Source of the DNA: Thermoplasmatota archaeon
GTDB taxonomy: Archaea > Thermoplasmatota > E2 > DHVEG-1
DNA: 64,000 bases
Assembly (NCBI GenBank): GCA_038884455.1
Contig: JAWABU010000001.1
Span: forward strand, 11,263 to 75,262
Reading direction: 5' to 3'
Part shown: piece after piece, positions 15,595 to 25,130 of the stretch
Layout of the letters: each line of letters opens with the position of its first letter
Position numbering within the stretch: the stretch's first letter is position 1
Position numbers and translations under genes: made by a program
Notes under the pieces: generated by a model
What the model was told of the DNA's origin: nothing
The model's input: only the letters and a program-made list of their open reading frames with translations
Database searches by the model: none

Positions 15595-16845
15595 CTATAT
15601 AAGCTTTCCGAAAAGGTTGATTTCTGACGAATCAATAATTTGCACTGAGACAAACTCCCCAAGGTGCACCTGCTCATGGAGAACAACAGGTTTGTACGTA
15701 TCAGTTCTGCCAAAAAACGTATTATTTTTTCCGAGTTCTGTAATTAGAACCGTATATTTTTTTCCATGAAATTTTTTATTTTTCGTTCGTTGAAGTTGTT
15801 TACAAAGCTCAGAAAGATATTGGGATCGCTGCTTGATAACCTTTGTTGGGATGCGACCAGACATTGTTTTTGCTGGAGTGTTCGGCCGCGCTGAAAAACG
15901 AGTGATATTCACAATATCTGGATTAATGTTCTTAAGAAATGTACACGTATGATGGAACTGATCATCGGTTTCTGTCGGGAATCCTACAATAACGTCGGTT
16001 GAAAGGCTGATATCAGGTATTTTTGCTCTGAACGTAGTTACCATTTCTCTGAACTCTTCAACGGTGTACTGGCGATTCATTTTTTGGAGTATCGTGTTGT
16101 CACCTGACTGAACTGGAAGATGGATAAATCGATACACATTTGGATGACGGTAACAGGCAAGAATATTACTGAATCTTTTTCTGACGGTGTACGGATTCAT
16201 CATACCAATTCTGATACGAAAACAATTCGGTTTCTGAGGTATTGTTCCGACTAATTCATCCAATGAGCTGTTCAAATCATACCCGTATGCAGCGGTATCT
16301 TGTGCCGTCAGTTGAATTTCGGTACATCCTTGACGAAGTGCTTCCTGTATGTATGCGATGATGTGTTGTTTTGGATAGCTGTGCAGAGATCCTCGCGCAA
16401 GACGTGTAATGCAGTACGAACATTTCTGAAGGCATCCCTCTGCAATCGTTATCGGTGCATATTGAGAAGTATAACGTGCTGGTAACCAAGAGGTATTGTT
16501 CTCTTGCGTAGTTGTTTTGTTTCCTGATACAATATCGACAATTGTACTCAACTCTGAAGGTTTAAGGAGGAACGCATCAGGGAGTATCTCTGTGATTAGT
16601 GCTTGCTGGACTGCGGACATACAACCAGTTACGATCACGGGTTTTTTGGTTTTTTTAAAAAATCTGAAACGAGATACCATTCGCTGTTCTGTTGTTCCAA
16701 TCACGGTACAGGTTACAATAATAAGGACATCTGCCTGGTGAATATCCTCAACAGGTTCATGATGATGACTGAGGAGTGCTCCCCTAATGAGGCTTTCGTC
16801 ACTTTTATTTGCAGTACAACCATAGGTTTCAATATACCATTTCAT
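15595..16845 (-). CDS. Radical-SAM methylthiotransferase, MiaB/MtaB family (tRNA t6A/i6A methylthiolation).
   Basis: 416 aa. N-terminal MTTase domain MKWYIETYGC. Radical SAM cysteine motif CxxxCxxC (EGCLQKCSYC). C-terminal TRAM-like region. Confidence 0.8.
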   Translation of the reverse strand: MKWYIETYGCTANKSDESLIRGALLSHHHEPVEDIHQADVLIIVTCTVIGTTEQRMVSRFRFFKKTKKPVIVTGCMSAVQQALITEILPDAFLLKPSELSTIVDIVSGNKTTTQENNTSWLPARYTSQYAPITIAEGCLQKCSYCITRLARGSLHSYPKQHIIAYIQEALRQGCTEIQLTAQDTAAYGYDLNSSLDELVGTIPQKPNCFRIRIGMMNPYTVRKRFSNILACYRHPNVYRFIHLPVQSGDNTILQKMNRQYTVEEFREMVTTFRAKIPDISLSTDVIVGFPTETDDQFHHTCTFLKNINPDIVNITRFSARPNTPAKTMSGRIPTKVIKQRSQYLSELCKQLQRTKNKKFHGKKYTVLITELGKNNTFFGRTDTYKPVVLHEQVHLGEFVSVQIIDSSEINLFGKLI

Positions 16846-16878
16846 ACAATTAACGGTTCAGCATGAAGAACGATTACG

Positions 16879-18438
16879 TTATTTAAGTGCTTCTGTCACT
16901 CGTCGAAGAACAAATGTCTTATCAAGATTTGATAAAAAATATCCGAGTCGAGGTCCTTTTTCTTTGTTTAACAACAGTTGATAGAGTGTTTTAAAACAGA
17001 TTTGTACAGGAACGTGTACTTGTTCTGCGATTTCATAGATAGTATTGTGAATTGTTTCAGCAGTCCAGGGACTCTGTGAGAGTTTTTCTTCCAGCATCGT
17101 TAAATATTGACGCTGTTCAGATGTAAGAGAAATCGATGGAAGGTTTTCTTGAATCTCAAATTTAACTTCATCTGGTGCAAAGGTTTCAAGCCAATATCGT
17201 ACATGGTCGAGGCGCTGCTGCAAATGTTCCTCATCAGATTTTGAAATAGTGTTTGGTATTTGCTGTGTTCGGATCAATATTGCTTTTACCTCACTCCATG
17301 TTTTTCCAATTTGAAGAAGGGTTACAAGATGCCGATACGGAAGCTGCAGTGGCAGTTTTTTTGGAATATGATATGGTTGTGAAAGTTCATAGGTTTTCCT
17401 AAAATCTTTCATACCTTTATTTTCTTCGTACATCCCAAAATATGTTGCTTCTGCCTGGTCATATTCATCAACAAGAGAAAGTAAACCAAGCCCTGAGTCA
17501 AAAACAATATGTTTGTTAGGTTGATTTTTCATAATAAGAAAGCGCAACACCTCGGGTGGCGTCATCCGCAGCATTTCTTCGCTACTAAGTGCAGTTCCTT
17601 TTGAGCTATGCATTGCGCCTTTCCCTTTCAGCATGATAAATTCATAAACCTGGAGAGCAGGATGCGGATAGTTGAATATTTCTTCAACGATTTTCGCACC
17701 TGTTTCTCGTGCGCCTCCAACAGTTGCAAGATCTTTACCACAAGGTTCAAAGGTTACCCCAAGCATCTTCCACCGAGCAGGCCAGTCAATCCGCCAAGGT
17801 AGTTTTCCAACGCCACCGTCATTGATATTAATCTCACCTTGATAGCCGCATGAACAACTGTATTCAATGGTTGGATATTCATACAACACCGGTGAAGTCG
17901 TTGATATCTTTCCACAGTTTTGACATTTCACATTGAATGGAAGCCAATTTTTCGGCAGAACTCGTTTTGATATGGTTTCAAGAATTGTTCGAATTTTTTG
18001 TGTGTTTTCTAAAGCAATTTGTATTGACTCGATATAATCACCACGGCGGTACATGTCACTCGCACGGTAAACCTGTGGGTTTACACCGATTTCTTTCAGT
18101 GAACCAAGAAAAGACAGGAGAAAATGATCTGCATAACTTTGATGGCTGCCGCAGGGACATGGAAGTTCACAGATTGGTTTACCGACGTGTTCCTGATAAT
18201 TTTGTGGAAGGTAGGGATATACCTTTCTGAGAGGATCATAATCATCACACACATAGATAAAATCAGCATCTCCTCCTTTCTCAATTAAACATCGATATAC
18301 AGCATCAGTAGTTAGAATCTCACGCATGTTCCCAATGTGAATTGGGCCTGATGGTGTTATTCCTGTGGCGAGTACATGCTTTTTCTTTTGTTGATAGAGT
18401 TGTTCTGCTAAAACTTCTGCCCAATGCATCTGAACCAC
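16879..18438 (-). CDS. lysK: Lysyl-tRNA synthetase, class I (archaeal type).
   Basis: 519 aa. HIGN motif (PSGPIHIGNMRE) and the typical class I LysRS zinc-binding CxC...C region. Overall LysK-like layout. Confidence 0.85.
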   Translation of the reverse strand: MVQMHWAEVLAEQLYQQKKKHVLATGITPSGPIHIGNMREILTTDAVYRCLIEKGGDADFIYVCDDYDPLRKVYPYLPQNYQEHVGKPICELPCPCGSHQSYADHFLLSFLGSLKEIGVNPQVYRASDMYRRGDYIESIQIALENTQKIRTILETISKRVLPKNWLPFNVKCQNCGKISTTSPVLYEYPTIEYSCSCGYQGEININDGGVGKLPWRIDWPARWKMLGVTFEPCGKDLATVGGARETGAKIVEEIFNYPHPALQVYEFIMLKGKGAMHSSKGTALSSEEMLRMTPPEVLRFLIMKNQPNKHIVFDSGLGLLSLVDEYDQAEATYFGMYEENKGMKDFRKTYELSQPYHIPKKLPLQLPYRHLVTLLQIGKTWSEVKAILIRTQQIPNTISKSDEEHLQQRLDHVRYWLETFAPDEVKFEIQENLPSISLTSEQRQYLTMLEEKLSQSPWTAETIHNTIYEIAEQVHVPVQICFKTLYQLLLNKEKGPRLGYFLSNLDKTFVLRRVTEALK

Positions 18439-18468
18439 GCAGAAAAGTATGATGAAGATATGCTTTGG

Positions 18469-19050
18469 CTAAATTGCTCGTGCTCTGATTAATGCACGCA
18501 GAGGAACTCCCTGAACGTCGTTGTGTGATTTTTTGTTAATGATTGCAACACATAAAACTGGAGTTGCTTTTTCATTTTTCAATGCTTTTATTGCACGTTT
18601 AAAGGTTTCGCCACTCCCAACAACATCATCAATAATGACAACGTTCTTATCTTTCACGGTTGCATAGTTTGACGAAAAAGCTCCTGACTTGTCATGACTT
18701 GGTCTGAAGACTGCAAGTTCTAAACAGAGAGCATCTGCGATATATAATGCATATGGAATTCCATTGATCGCAATACCAACAATTGTATCAACTTGAAGGT
18801 TTTTCTTTTCAATTTCTTCAAGAATAATGTCAGTTAAAGCATCAGCGATCGATCGGATACGATTCGGATAGATTCCAATTGAACGCCATCCGATTTTAAC
18901 TTCACCTTCTGGTTTCTCCTTCTTCCCTCGAGCAAGAAGCCAAGTTGCCGTGTCTTTTGAAATATTGAGTTCTTCACCAATTTCATAATCTGATAATCCA
19001 CTCTCTTTATATTTAATTGCTTTTGCTATCAGAGTATCTATTTCTTTCAT
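18469..19050 (-). CDS. Phosphoribosyltransferase-domain transcriptional regulator (GfcR/PyrE-like: N-terminal HTH plus PRTase domain).
   Basis: Probable start at MKEIDTLIAKAIKYKESGLSDYEIGEEL... (HTH), ATG at 19050. PRTase motif VVIIDDVVGSGETF. The ORF-track start at 19131 is an unlikely upstream extension. Confidence 0.65.
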   Translation of the reverse strand: MKEIDTLIAKAIKYKESGLSDYEIGEELNISKDTATWLLARGKKEKPEGEVKIGWRSIGIYPNRIRSIADALTDIILEEIEKKNLQVDTIVGIAINGIPYALYIADALCLELAVFRPSHDKSGAFSSNYATVKDKNVVIIDDVVGSGETFKRAIKALKNEKATPVLCVAIINKKSHNDVQGVPLRALIRARAI

Positions 19051-19247
19051 GTTTGATAACACCCTTAAATAGTGGTATCGATGATGCATATTTAGATGTT
19101 TGCTCGTCTCCAGAATAAACACTAGTATCATCGTAAATCACACACTTTGTTTTTTGATAAATAAAACAGAGCATACAACAATCATAGGAGCACAGATGCA
19201 TCGTAAACCTAAAATAGTCCTAGGAGATGTGAGGATACTGTGATGCT

Positions 19248-19418
19248 ATGGCACAGGAAAAAAAAGGAGAAGGCTTTCATTCGGCAGCAGGATTAATTCG
19301 TTACTTTGATGCAGAAGAAAAAACAGCGCTCAAAATTCCTCCGTGGCTGGTCATTGCAATGTGTGTTGCAACAGCTGTTATTGTTGTAGCAGTCCATCTG
19401 TTAAAACCACTTTCATAA
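19248..19418 (+). CDS. secG: Preprotein translocase subunit Sec61beta/SecG homologue. A 56-aa ORF absent from the ORF track.
   Basis: MAQEKKGEGFHSAAGLIRYFDAEEKTALKIPPWLVIAMCVATAVIVVAVHLLKPLS. The AGLIRYFD motif plus a single C-terminal TM helix is characteristic of archaeal Sec61beta. Confidence 0.7.
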   Translation: MAQEKKGEGFHSAAGLIRYFDAEEKTALKIPPWLVIAMCVATAVIVVAVHLLKPLS

Positions 19419-19428
19419 AAAAGCTTTT

Positions 19429-22167
19429 TTATTTTTGTTGTGACACAACTTTCTCCTTGGTTAATTCCTTTGCAACTCGTAATGCTTGCTGTACGTTTTC
19501 TTTTTTGGGTCCTCCGCTCTGCGTTAACGCTGGTTTTCCACCGCCACTTCCACCAAGAATCTTACCAAGTTCTGGAGCGATATCTCGTAAATCAAAAGAG
19601 ATATTTTCAGATACTGCTGAGCAGATTTTTTTCCCATCATAAATATGAACAATATAGTTCGTCTCTTTGATCAGCGTTGTAGCAACTATAGTTGCATCAT
19701 AGGTTGAAGAAGTTGCAATAACTTTGATATCAGTTCCAGGAATTTGTTCAGCAGTAGCATATATCTTTTTGATTTCATCAACCGGTATTTTTCTTCCTTC
19801 TTTTTGTTGTTCTTTCCAGAGTTCAAATAAAAGTGTACACGCATCAACAAGCGTTTCAACCGTATTTCTCTTCGAGATATTTGTGTCACTGAGAAAACGT
19901 TGTATTGTTTTTTCTAGTTGATCAACAGGTACTGAGAAAACTTTTGCCGATGCTCGCAATTGTTCTGTTTTGTCTGAATGATTTGTTACATGAAAACTAT
20001 GCTTGCACATCGTGATAATTCGCTCAAAAAGAGCATCATCCTGTTGACGTTGTGCATCTGCTGCGCGTCCAGCTGCAAAAATAATTCTGTTGACGCCATC
20101 CTGTATTCTTTCAGCTTTTAGGATTTTTATTTTTTCAATTTCTTTAATATTGTTGAGGTGGGTTCCACCGCATGCCTCAACATCAATACCTGGAATGTTG
20201 AGAACCCGTATTTCATTTCCTGGCGGCACGCCACCCTGATACAGTCGAAAACCGTACGTTTGTTCAGCATCATTTCGAAGCATGACTTTTTTTTCAACGG
20301 ATGCTCCTTTTTGGATAAACATATTAGCGATACGTTCTATTTCCTTCAGTTCATCATCAGTGATCGGTTTATAATGAGAAAAATCAAATCGAGCTTCTTC
20401 GGTACCAAGCTGGGATCCCGCCTGCCAGATGTGTTCCCCAAAAAGTGTGCGGAGTGCTGCATTGACAACATGGGTTCCGGTATGATGTTTCATGAGAGCA
20501 TATCGAGCATCCCAGTTAATTTTACCATGAACTAGTGTCCCAACAGGAAGACCACCACGGACTGTATGTATAACTGCTTTTCCCTTCTTCTGAGCTGATA
20601 CAACAGGGATGGTTGTACCGTTGATAATAAAAACTCCGGTATCCGAAGGTTGTCCTCCTCCTTCAGGGTAAAAAGCAGTTTGGTCAAGAACAACAAGCGT
20701 CCCATCTTGATTTGGTTGTGCCCACATAACGGTTGCATCAAATTCTTTCATATAATGATCTTCATAATAGAGTAGATGGGTTTCCGGAAGTTGTTCTGCA
20801 GTCTCAACAGTTGTTTCTTCTTCAGTTTCATGAGAATGAAGTTCTGCGATCATTGAATCAAAATTCGCAGGAATGTCGATGTGTATTCCTTCTGTTTGGG
20901 CGATATTTTTGACGATATCAGGTGGCATACCATGTGTGTCGTAGAGACGTACTAATGCAGTGGTGTCAAGTGTTTTTTTCTCTTTAAGAAGACGTTTAAC
21001 GAGTCCTTCTCCTTTTTGTCGTGTGTCACTAAAGCGTTTGGTTTCAATGTCAAGGATTTCATCGATTTGTTTCTTCCGGGTAATCAGTGAAGGAAAATCT
21101 GATTGGAGTAACGTAAGTTGGAGATCAACTAACTCTTTGAGCGGGAGTGAAATGTTGAGTTTTTCTAAAAACCGTAGCGATCGTCGTATTATTAATCGAG
21201 CGAGGTATCCTGCTTTGACATTTGAAGGAACAATACCATCGCCAAGCATAAAAGCAAGACATTTGGTATGATCTGCTAATGCATAGATACTTGGTTTTTC
21301 ATGAGCATACTTGGTCTGATTTTGAATAAATCGAATGACCTCAGGAAACACTGTATCATATACTGTCGGTGTTCCTTGAGTAAACCAGGAGATACGCTCC
21401 AGACCGTAGCCAGTGTCGACGATATTGAGTGGGTTTTGAGTATATTTTTTCCCTTCAAGTACAATTGTCCCTTGAGGATCTTCTTTCATATTCATAAAAA
21501 CAAGCGTTGCAATTTCAAGACCACCTGCTAATACTTCGATACAAGGACCTGCATTTCCTCCCCCGATCCATAAATGTTCTTTGTAATTTATATATTCTCG
21601 AGGGATTCCAATACGTGTTCTAAAAAATTCATCACAATAGGAAACCGTTTCTTCTTTCCAATATATTTCATCAGTATTTTTATTGAATGCATGGTGGCCC
21701 ATCATTTCAAACGTTGTCAGATGACGTCCACTGTATCCAACCTCATCGAGATCGTTAAGCCGGATACACGGTTGTGAGATAACCAGCGGATTTGCTGGCG
21801 GAGGTACCTCTCCGGAGGTGACATGCGGTTGAAAATCAGCAATAGAGGCAATAGTAAGATAGATATCAGATCGCCAACGAGCGATAACTGGGCATCGCTC
21901 ACCTGTTTCAGGATATCGAATTCGCTGATGATTGTTTTCTTCAAAGAAAGTTAGAAAATGATGTCTTACTTCTGAAAGCGATAGTTTTTTTCGTGTTAGT
22001 GGTTTCGTTATAAAACTAAATGGTACGCAGGGTTGATCACCACATTTTTCAGCTGTTTGGTCAAGGGTCCAGAAATAGCTTCCGCAAGAGCTACATTTTT
22101 TACGTACGAAACCGTTTTTATGGAAGAATGCTAGGTCGCATTCTTTTTTCAAGAGAGCATCAATCAT
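19429..22167 (-). CDS. alaS: Alanyl-tRNA synthetase (archaeal type).
   Basis: 912 aa. N-terminus MIDALLKKECDLAFFHKNGFVRKKCSSCGSYFWTLD typical of archaeal AlaRS. Editing-domain HxxxH...CGGTH motif. C-terminal DHHA1-like region. Confidence 0.9.
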   Translation of the reverse strand: MIDALLKKECDLAFFHKNGFVRKKCSSCGSYFWTLDQTAEKCGDQPCVPFSFITKPLTRKKLSLSEVRHHFLTFFEENNHQRIRYPETGERCPVIARWRSDIYLTIASIADFQPHVTSGEVPPPANPLVISQPCIRLNDLDEVGYSGRHLTTFEMMGHHAFNKNTDEIYWKEETVSYCDEFFRTRIGIPREYINYKEHLWIGGGNAGPCIEVLAGGLEIATLVFMNMKEDPQGTIVLEGKKYTQNPLNIVDTGYGLERISWFTQGTPTVYDTVFPEVIRFIQNQTKYAHEKPSIYALADHTKCLAFMLGDGIVPSNVKAGYLARLIIRRSLRFLEKLNISLPLKELVDLQLTLLQSDFPSLITRKKQIDEILDIETKRFSDTRQKGEGLVKRLLKEKKTLDTTALVRLYDTHGMPPDIVKNIAQTEGIHIDIPANFDSMIAELHSHETEEETTVETAEQLPETHLLYYEDHYMKEFDATVMWAQPNQDGTLVVLDQTAFYPEGGGQPSDTGVFIINGTTIPVVSAQKKGKAVIHTVRGGLPVGTLVHGKINWDARYALMKHHTGTHVVNAALRTLFGEHIWQAGSQLGTEEARFDFSHYKPITDDELKEIERIANMFIQKGASVEKKVMLRNDAEQTYGFRLYQGGVPPGNEIRVLNIPGIDVEACGGTHLNNIKEIEKIKILKAERIQDGVNRIIFAAGRAADAQRQQDDALFERIITMCKHSFHVTNHSDKTEQLRASAKVFSVPVDQLEKTIQRFLSDTNISKRNTVETLVDACTLLFELWKEQQKEGRKIPVDEIKKIYATAEQIPGTDIKVIATSSTYDATIVATTLIKETNYIVHIYDGKKICSAVSENISFDLRDIAPELGKILGGSGGGKPALTQSGGPKKENVQQALRVAKELTKEKVVSQQK

Positions 22168-22330
22168 GATTCTAGTGTGGTAGGTATGTAGAAATGGTAT
22201 AAAGGTTTATCCAAGAAAGCTGGTTCCCAAGGGAATAAGAGATCGATCATGAAGATAATAGAAACTTTTTTACCTTTATCGTCGATATCTTTTTCGGCAA
22301 CAATAGTAAACAAAGGAATAGGATAAACCT

Positions 22331-23029
22331 ATGGGAGTACGAGATGTTTTAGCTGAAAAAATTGCCGGAGAAATTACCCTCAGTTCGAAACCAGGAGAGA
22401 CGATTCGAAAATGGAGAACTATTTTTAATATCTCACAAACAGAACTTGCTACCATGTTGAAGTTGTCACCCAGTGTGATCAGCGACTACGAGTCAGGTCG
22501 ACGGAAGTCTCCTGGAATCAATACAATTAAAAAAATTATTGAAGCTTTTTTAAAAATTGATGAAACAAAAAATAATTCAAAAATTATGAGAAGTTATCAG
22601 TTTATCACAAAGAATCAAGAAGGCATTATTGATATTATGGAATATTCGTATTCAATTCCCATTATCAAATTTCTCAAAGAGATACATGCAAAGTTGTTAA
22701 CGTCAAAAAAACATGCTGATACTCACATCAAAGGCTTTACGCTGGTTGATGGTATTGAAATAATAAAAACATTAAATTCAGCAAATTATTCGAATCTGTA
22801 TGGTTGGAGTACTGAACGTGCATTAATTTTTACCGGTGTTCATTACGGTCGAAGTCCTATGATTGCGATCCGTATTCATCCGGTAAAACCTTCTGCTGTA
22901 ATTTACCATCAACCTGGCGGTGTTGATCCGTTAGCGGTGCAGCTTGCTGAGCAAGAAAAAATACCGCTTGCCGTCACCCAGATGCCAATGGATGATTTAC
23001 GAAAAAAACTAGTTATTATTGGGAAGTGA
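22331..23029 (+). CDS. XRE-type HTH transcriptional regulator with an uncharacterised C-terminal domain.
   Basis: HTH_3 segment IRKWRTIFNISQTELATMLKLSPSVISDYESGRR. 232 aa. Divergent from alaS. Confidence 0.7.
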   Translation: MGVRDVLAEKIAGEITLSSKPGETIRKWRTIFNISQTELATMLKLSPSVISDYESGRRKSPGINTIKKIIEAFLKIDETKNNSKIMRSYQFITKNQEGIIDIMEYSYSIPIIKFLKEIHAKLLTSKKHADTHIKGFTLVDGIEIIKTLNSANYSNLYGWSTERALIFTGVHYGRSPMIAIRIHPVKPSAVIYHQPGGVDPLAVQLAEQEKIPLAVTQMPMDDLRKKLVIIGK

Positions 23030-23035
23030 ACAGGC

Positions 23036-23182
23036 ATGGTTGATCTCTTTGGACTCTGCAGTATGTGCGGGAAACCTGATGCAATGTACACCTGTCATCT
23101 CTGCGGTCAATTGGTTTGTAGTCGTTGTTTTTCATTTGAACATGGTATCTGTAGAAAATGCGCATTTCGTGCTCAAAAATAA
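23036..23182 (+). CDS. Mini zinc-ribbon protein (48 aa, CxxC-x7-CxxC-x2-CxxC... pattern), unannotated in the ORF track.
   Basis: ATG 6 nt after the regulator stop. MVDLFGLCSMCGKPDAMYTCHLCGQLVCSRCFSFEHGICRKCAFRAQK with eight Cys in a treble-clef-like arrangement. Ends at TAA 23180-23182. Confidence 0.5.
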   Translation: MVDLFGLCSMCGKPDAMYTCHLCGQLVCSRCFSFEHGICRKCAFRAQK

Positions 23183-23190
23183 TATGTGTT

Positions 23191-23556
23191 TTATGCGTGG
23201 AGAATACGGTCAATACTTGCTTTTAAGTGCATGATATCAAAGGGTTTGGTAATGTATTCAACTGCAGCAAGATGCCCCATGCCAATGCTCATTTCATCGC
23301 CTTTTGCAGTAAGGAAAACAATGGGTATCTGTTTCCATCGTTGATTTTCTTTGATTCTTGCAGCAACATCCCATCCATTCATCCCTGGCATCATAATGTC
23401 AAGAATGATAAGATCAGGAATTGTTCGTTCAAGCTTTTCTAGACATTCGAGACCGTTGTGTGCTGTGATTACCTGGTACCCGCTGACCTCAAAGAGTTGG
23501 CCGACTGACGTTCTAATATCTTCTTCATCATCAACAATGAGAATTGTTTTTGTCAT
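23191..23556 (-). CDS. Single-domain response regulator (CheY-like receiver).
   Basis: TILIVDDEEDIR...LIILDIMMPGMNGWDV...LTAKGD: phospho-acceptor Asp and conserved Lys present. Start likely MTKTIL at 23556; the ORF extends to 23616. Confidence 0.8.
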   Translation of the reverse strand: MTKTILIVDDEEDIRTSVGQLFEVSGYQVITAHNGLECLEKLERTIPDLIILDIMMPGMNGWDVAARIKENQRWKQIPIVFLTAKGDEMSIGMGHLAAVEYITKPFDIMHLKASIDRILHA

Positions 23557-23720
23557 AGAATCATCGTTTTTCTTTGTGGTGTACATCTCATTCAACCTAA
23601 AAAAGATTATGTTCATAAGTCGCCGTGGGAATATAAGAAATTTTTAATAACAAATGAATGATGCAATAGTTGGTACATTTCAGCAGATGTTGAGAGCGAT
23701 CATATATAGTTGATGAGCAT

Positions 23721-24920
23721 ATGTTCCAACGAGCAGAATTATGTGAAAAACTATTACAAACAATGATAGATATTATTAGTAGACGAACGTCGCAAGATTA
23801 TGCGTTAGTTATAATTTACAGTGCAACAAAAAATCTCGAGGTAAAATATCCTTTTTTCAAAGCAGTGACCATTCAGAACGTTCGTTTTTCAGAATATGAT
23901 CGATTTGTTTCTGTTGCACCAACACTGAACACGACGAATGGAGCAGAACTTAGCGCAGGTTTACAGGAATTGATTACCTCCATTGTTACGTCCATGGGTA
24001 GTCATGCTGGTTTTTTTTTCATGAAAGAATTACAAGATAAACTTGGTCCAATATACAGTCAAGAGATACGTGATCTTGCTCTTGATCTGAATTTGTTGCA
24101 ATCACAATTAACTCTGGATCGACAGCAAGATAATACCTCAACAAGCAACCATCAAGACTTCATTAAAAAGATGTTCAAAGCAGTTATCGAGATTCTTGAG
24201 AAAGATATGACAACGACTGAAGCACTTGAATTTCTTCGTAAACAATGTGCCCAACATTCTGAAGAACACCAATGGCTGCGCTATATTTCATTAGTCAACG
24301 TACGTATTGTTCAGGGTGTGGATATGGTTGTCGTTGCTCCTGATGTTGATTCTGTTGACTGTTTTGAAATTGGAAAAACATTCAATGATCTGCTCAACGA
24401 TCTACGTACACAGCTCGAACACAAAGGAGGAAGCTACTTTTTTGAGGAATTTAAGAAAAAATTTACATCAGAATATTTGCAGTACATGCAGGATATTGGA
24501 ATTCAGTTTAAAAAATATCAAGCAAGTTATGAAGATGTTTTAAAGGAAATCATCAACGCGACGCTCATTGTTTTAAGTAAAGCAAGTACGCATCAGTATG
24601 CAGTGTTCGCGGTGAATAATTTTTTACGAAAAATTGAATCTCGTTTTACGTATTTTAAATATATAACTGTTGTTCCATCTCAAGAACCTGGAAAAAATTA
24701 TGATATTATTATTATGGAAAATCTAGATCAGATCAGTGAAACCGATACGAGGCGAGGAATTCAAAAGCTATTAAATGAGATCTGTACCTGTCTTGGTGCT
24801 TCGTTACGAAAACAATTTATTGATGAGTTTAAAAAATCACTTGATCCGGTATTTTTAGAACGTATCGAAGAGATGGGAATCAATCTGCATATGATTCAAT
24901 TAAGACAAGAGTTTCTGTAA
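23721..24920 (+). CDS. Hypothetical 399-aa protein with three internal ~50-aa repeats, embedded in a two-component gene cluster.
   Basis: Three repeated segments (...MGSHAGFFFMKELQDKLGPIYSQEIRDLAL..., ...EHKGGSYFFEEFKKKFTSEYLQYMQDIGI..., ...LGASLRKQFIDEFKKSLDPVFLERIEEMGI...). No recognisable catalytic motif. Confidence 0.7.
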   Translation: MFQRAELCEKLLQTMIDIISRRTSQDYALVIIYSATKNLEVKYPFFKAVTIQNVRFSEYDRFVSVAPTLNTTNGAELSAGLQELITSIVTSMGSHAGFFFMKELQDKLGPIYSQEIRDLALDLNLLQSQLTLDRQQDNTSTSNHQDFIKKMFKAVIEILEKDMTTTEALEFLRKQCAQHSEEHQWLRYISLVNVRIVQGVDMVVVAPDVDSVDCFEIGKTFNDLLNDLRTQLEHKGGSYFFEEFKKKFTSEYLQYMQDIGIQFKKYQASYEDVLKEIINATLIVLSKASTHQYAVFAVNNFLRKIESRFTYFKYITVVPSQEPGKNYDIIIMENLDQISETDTRRGIQKLLNEICTCLGASLRKQFIDEFKKSLDPVFLERIEEMGINLHMIQLRQEFL

Positions 24921-25130
24921 TGTTGTACCTTTTGATTACGTTAGATAAAATCTTTATAGATAAAAAACGATACTGTTTTCGAACACAAAGGATAAGATAT
25001 AGCACTATCAACATATTAAGGACTGAACGTAGGATGGGAGTACATGAAAATTTGGCAAAATGATATTCTCTTTAAAAAATGAATATATATCTTTTTGTAT
25101 ATATTTAATTATCCGAGCAGGTGGAGCTGT

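Noticed and set aside
19343-19670. Plus-strand ORFs of 99 and 76 aa overlapping the 3-prime end of alaS.
   Set aside because: They are antisense to the strongly supported alaS CDS and have Cys/Phe-rich low-complexity translations.
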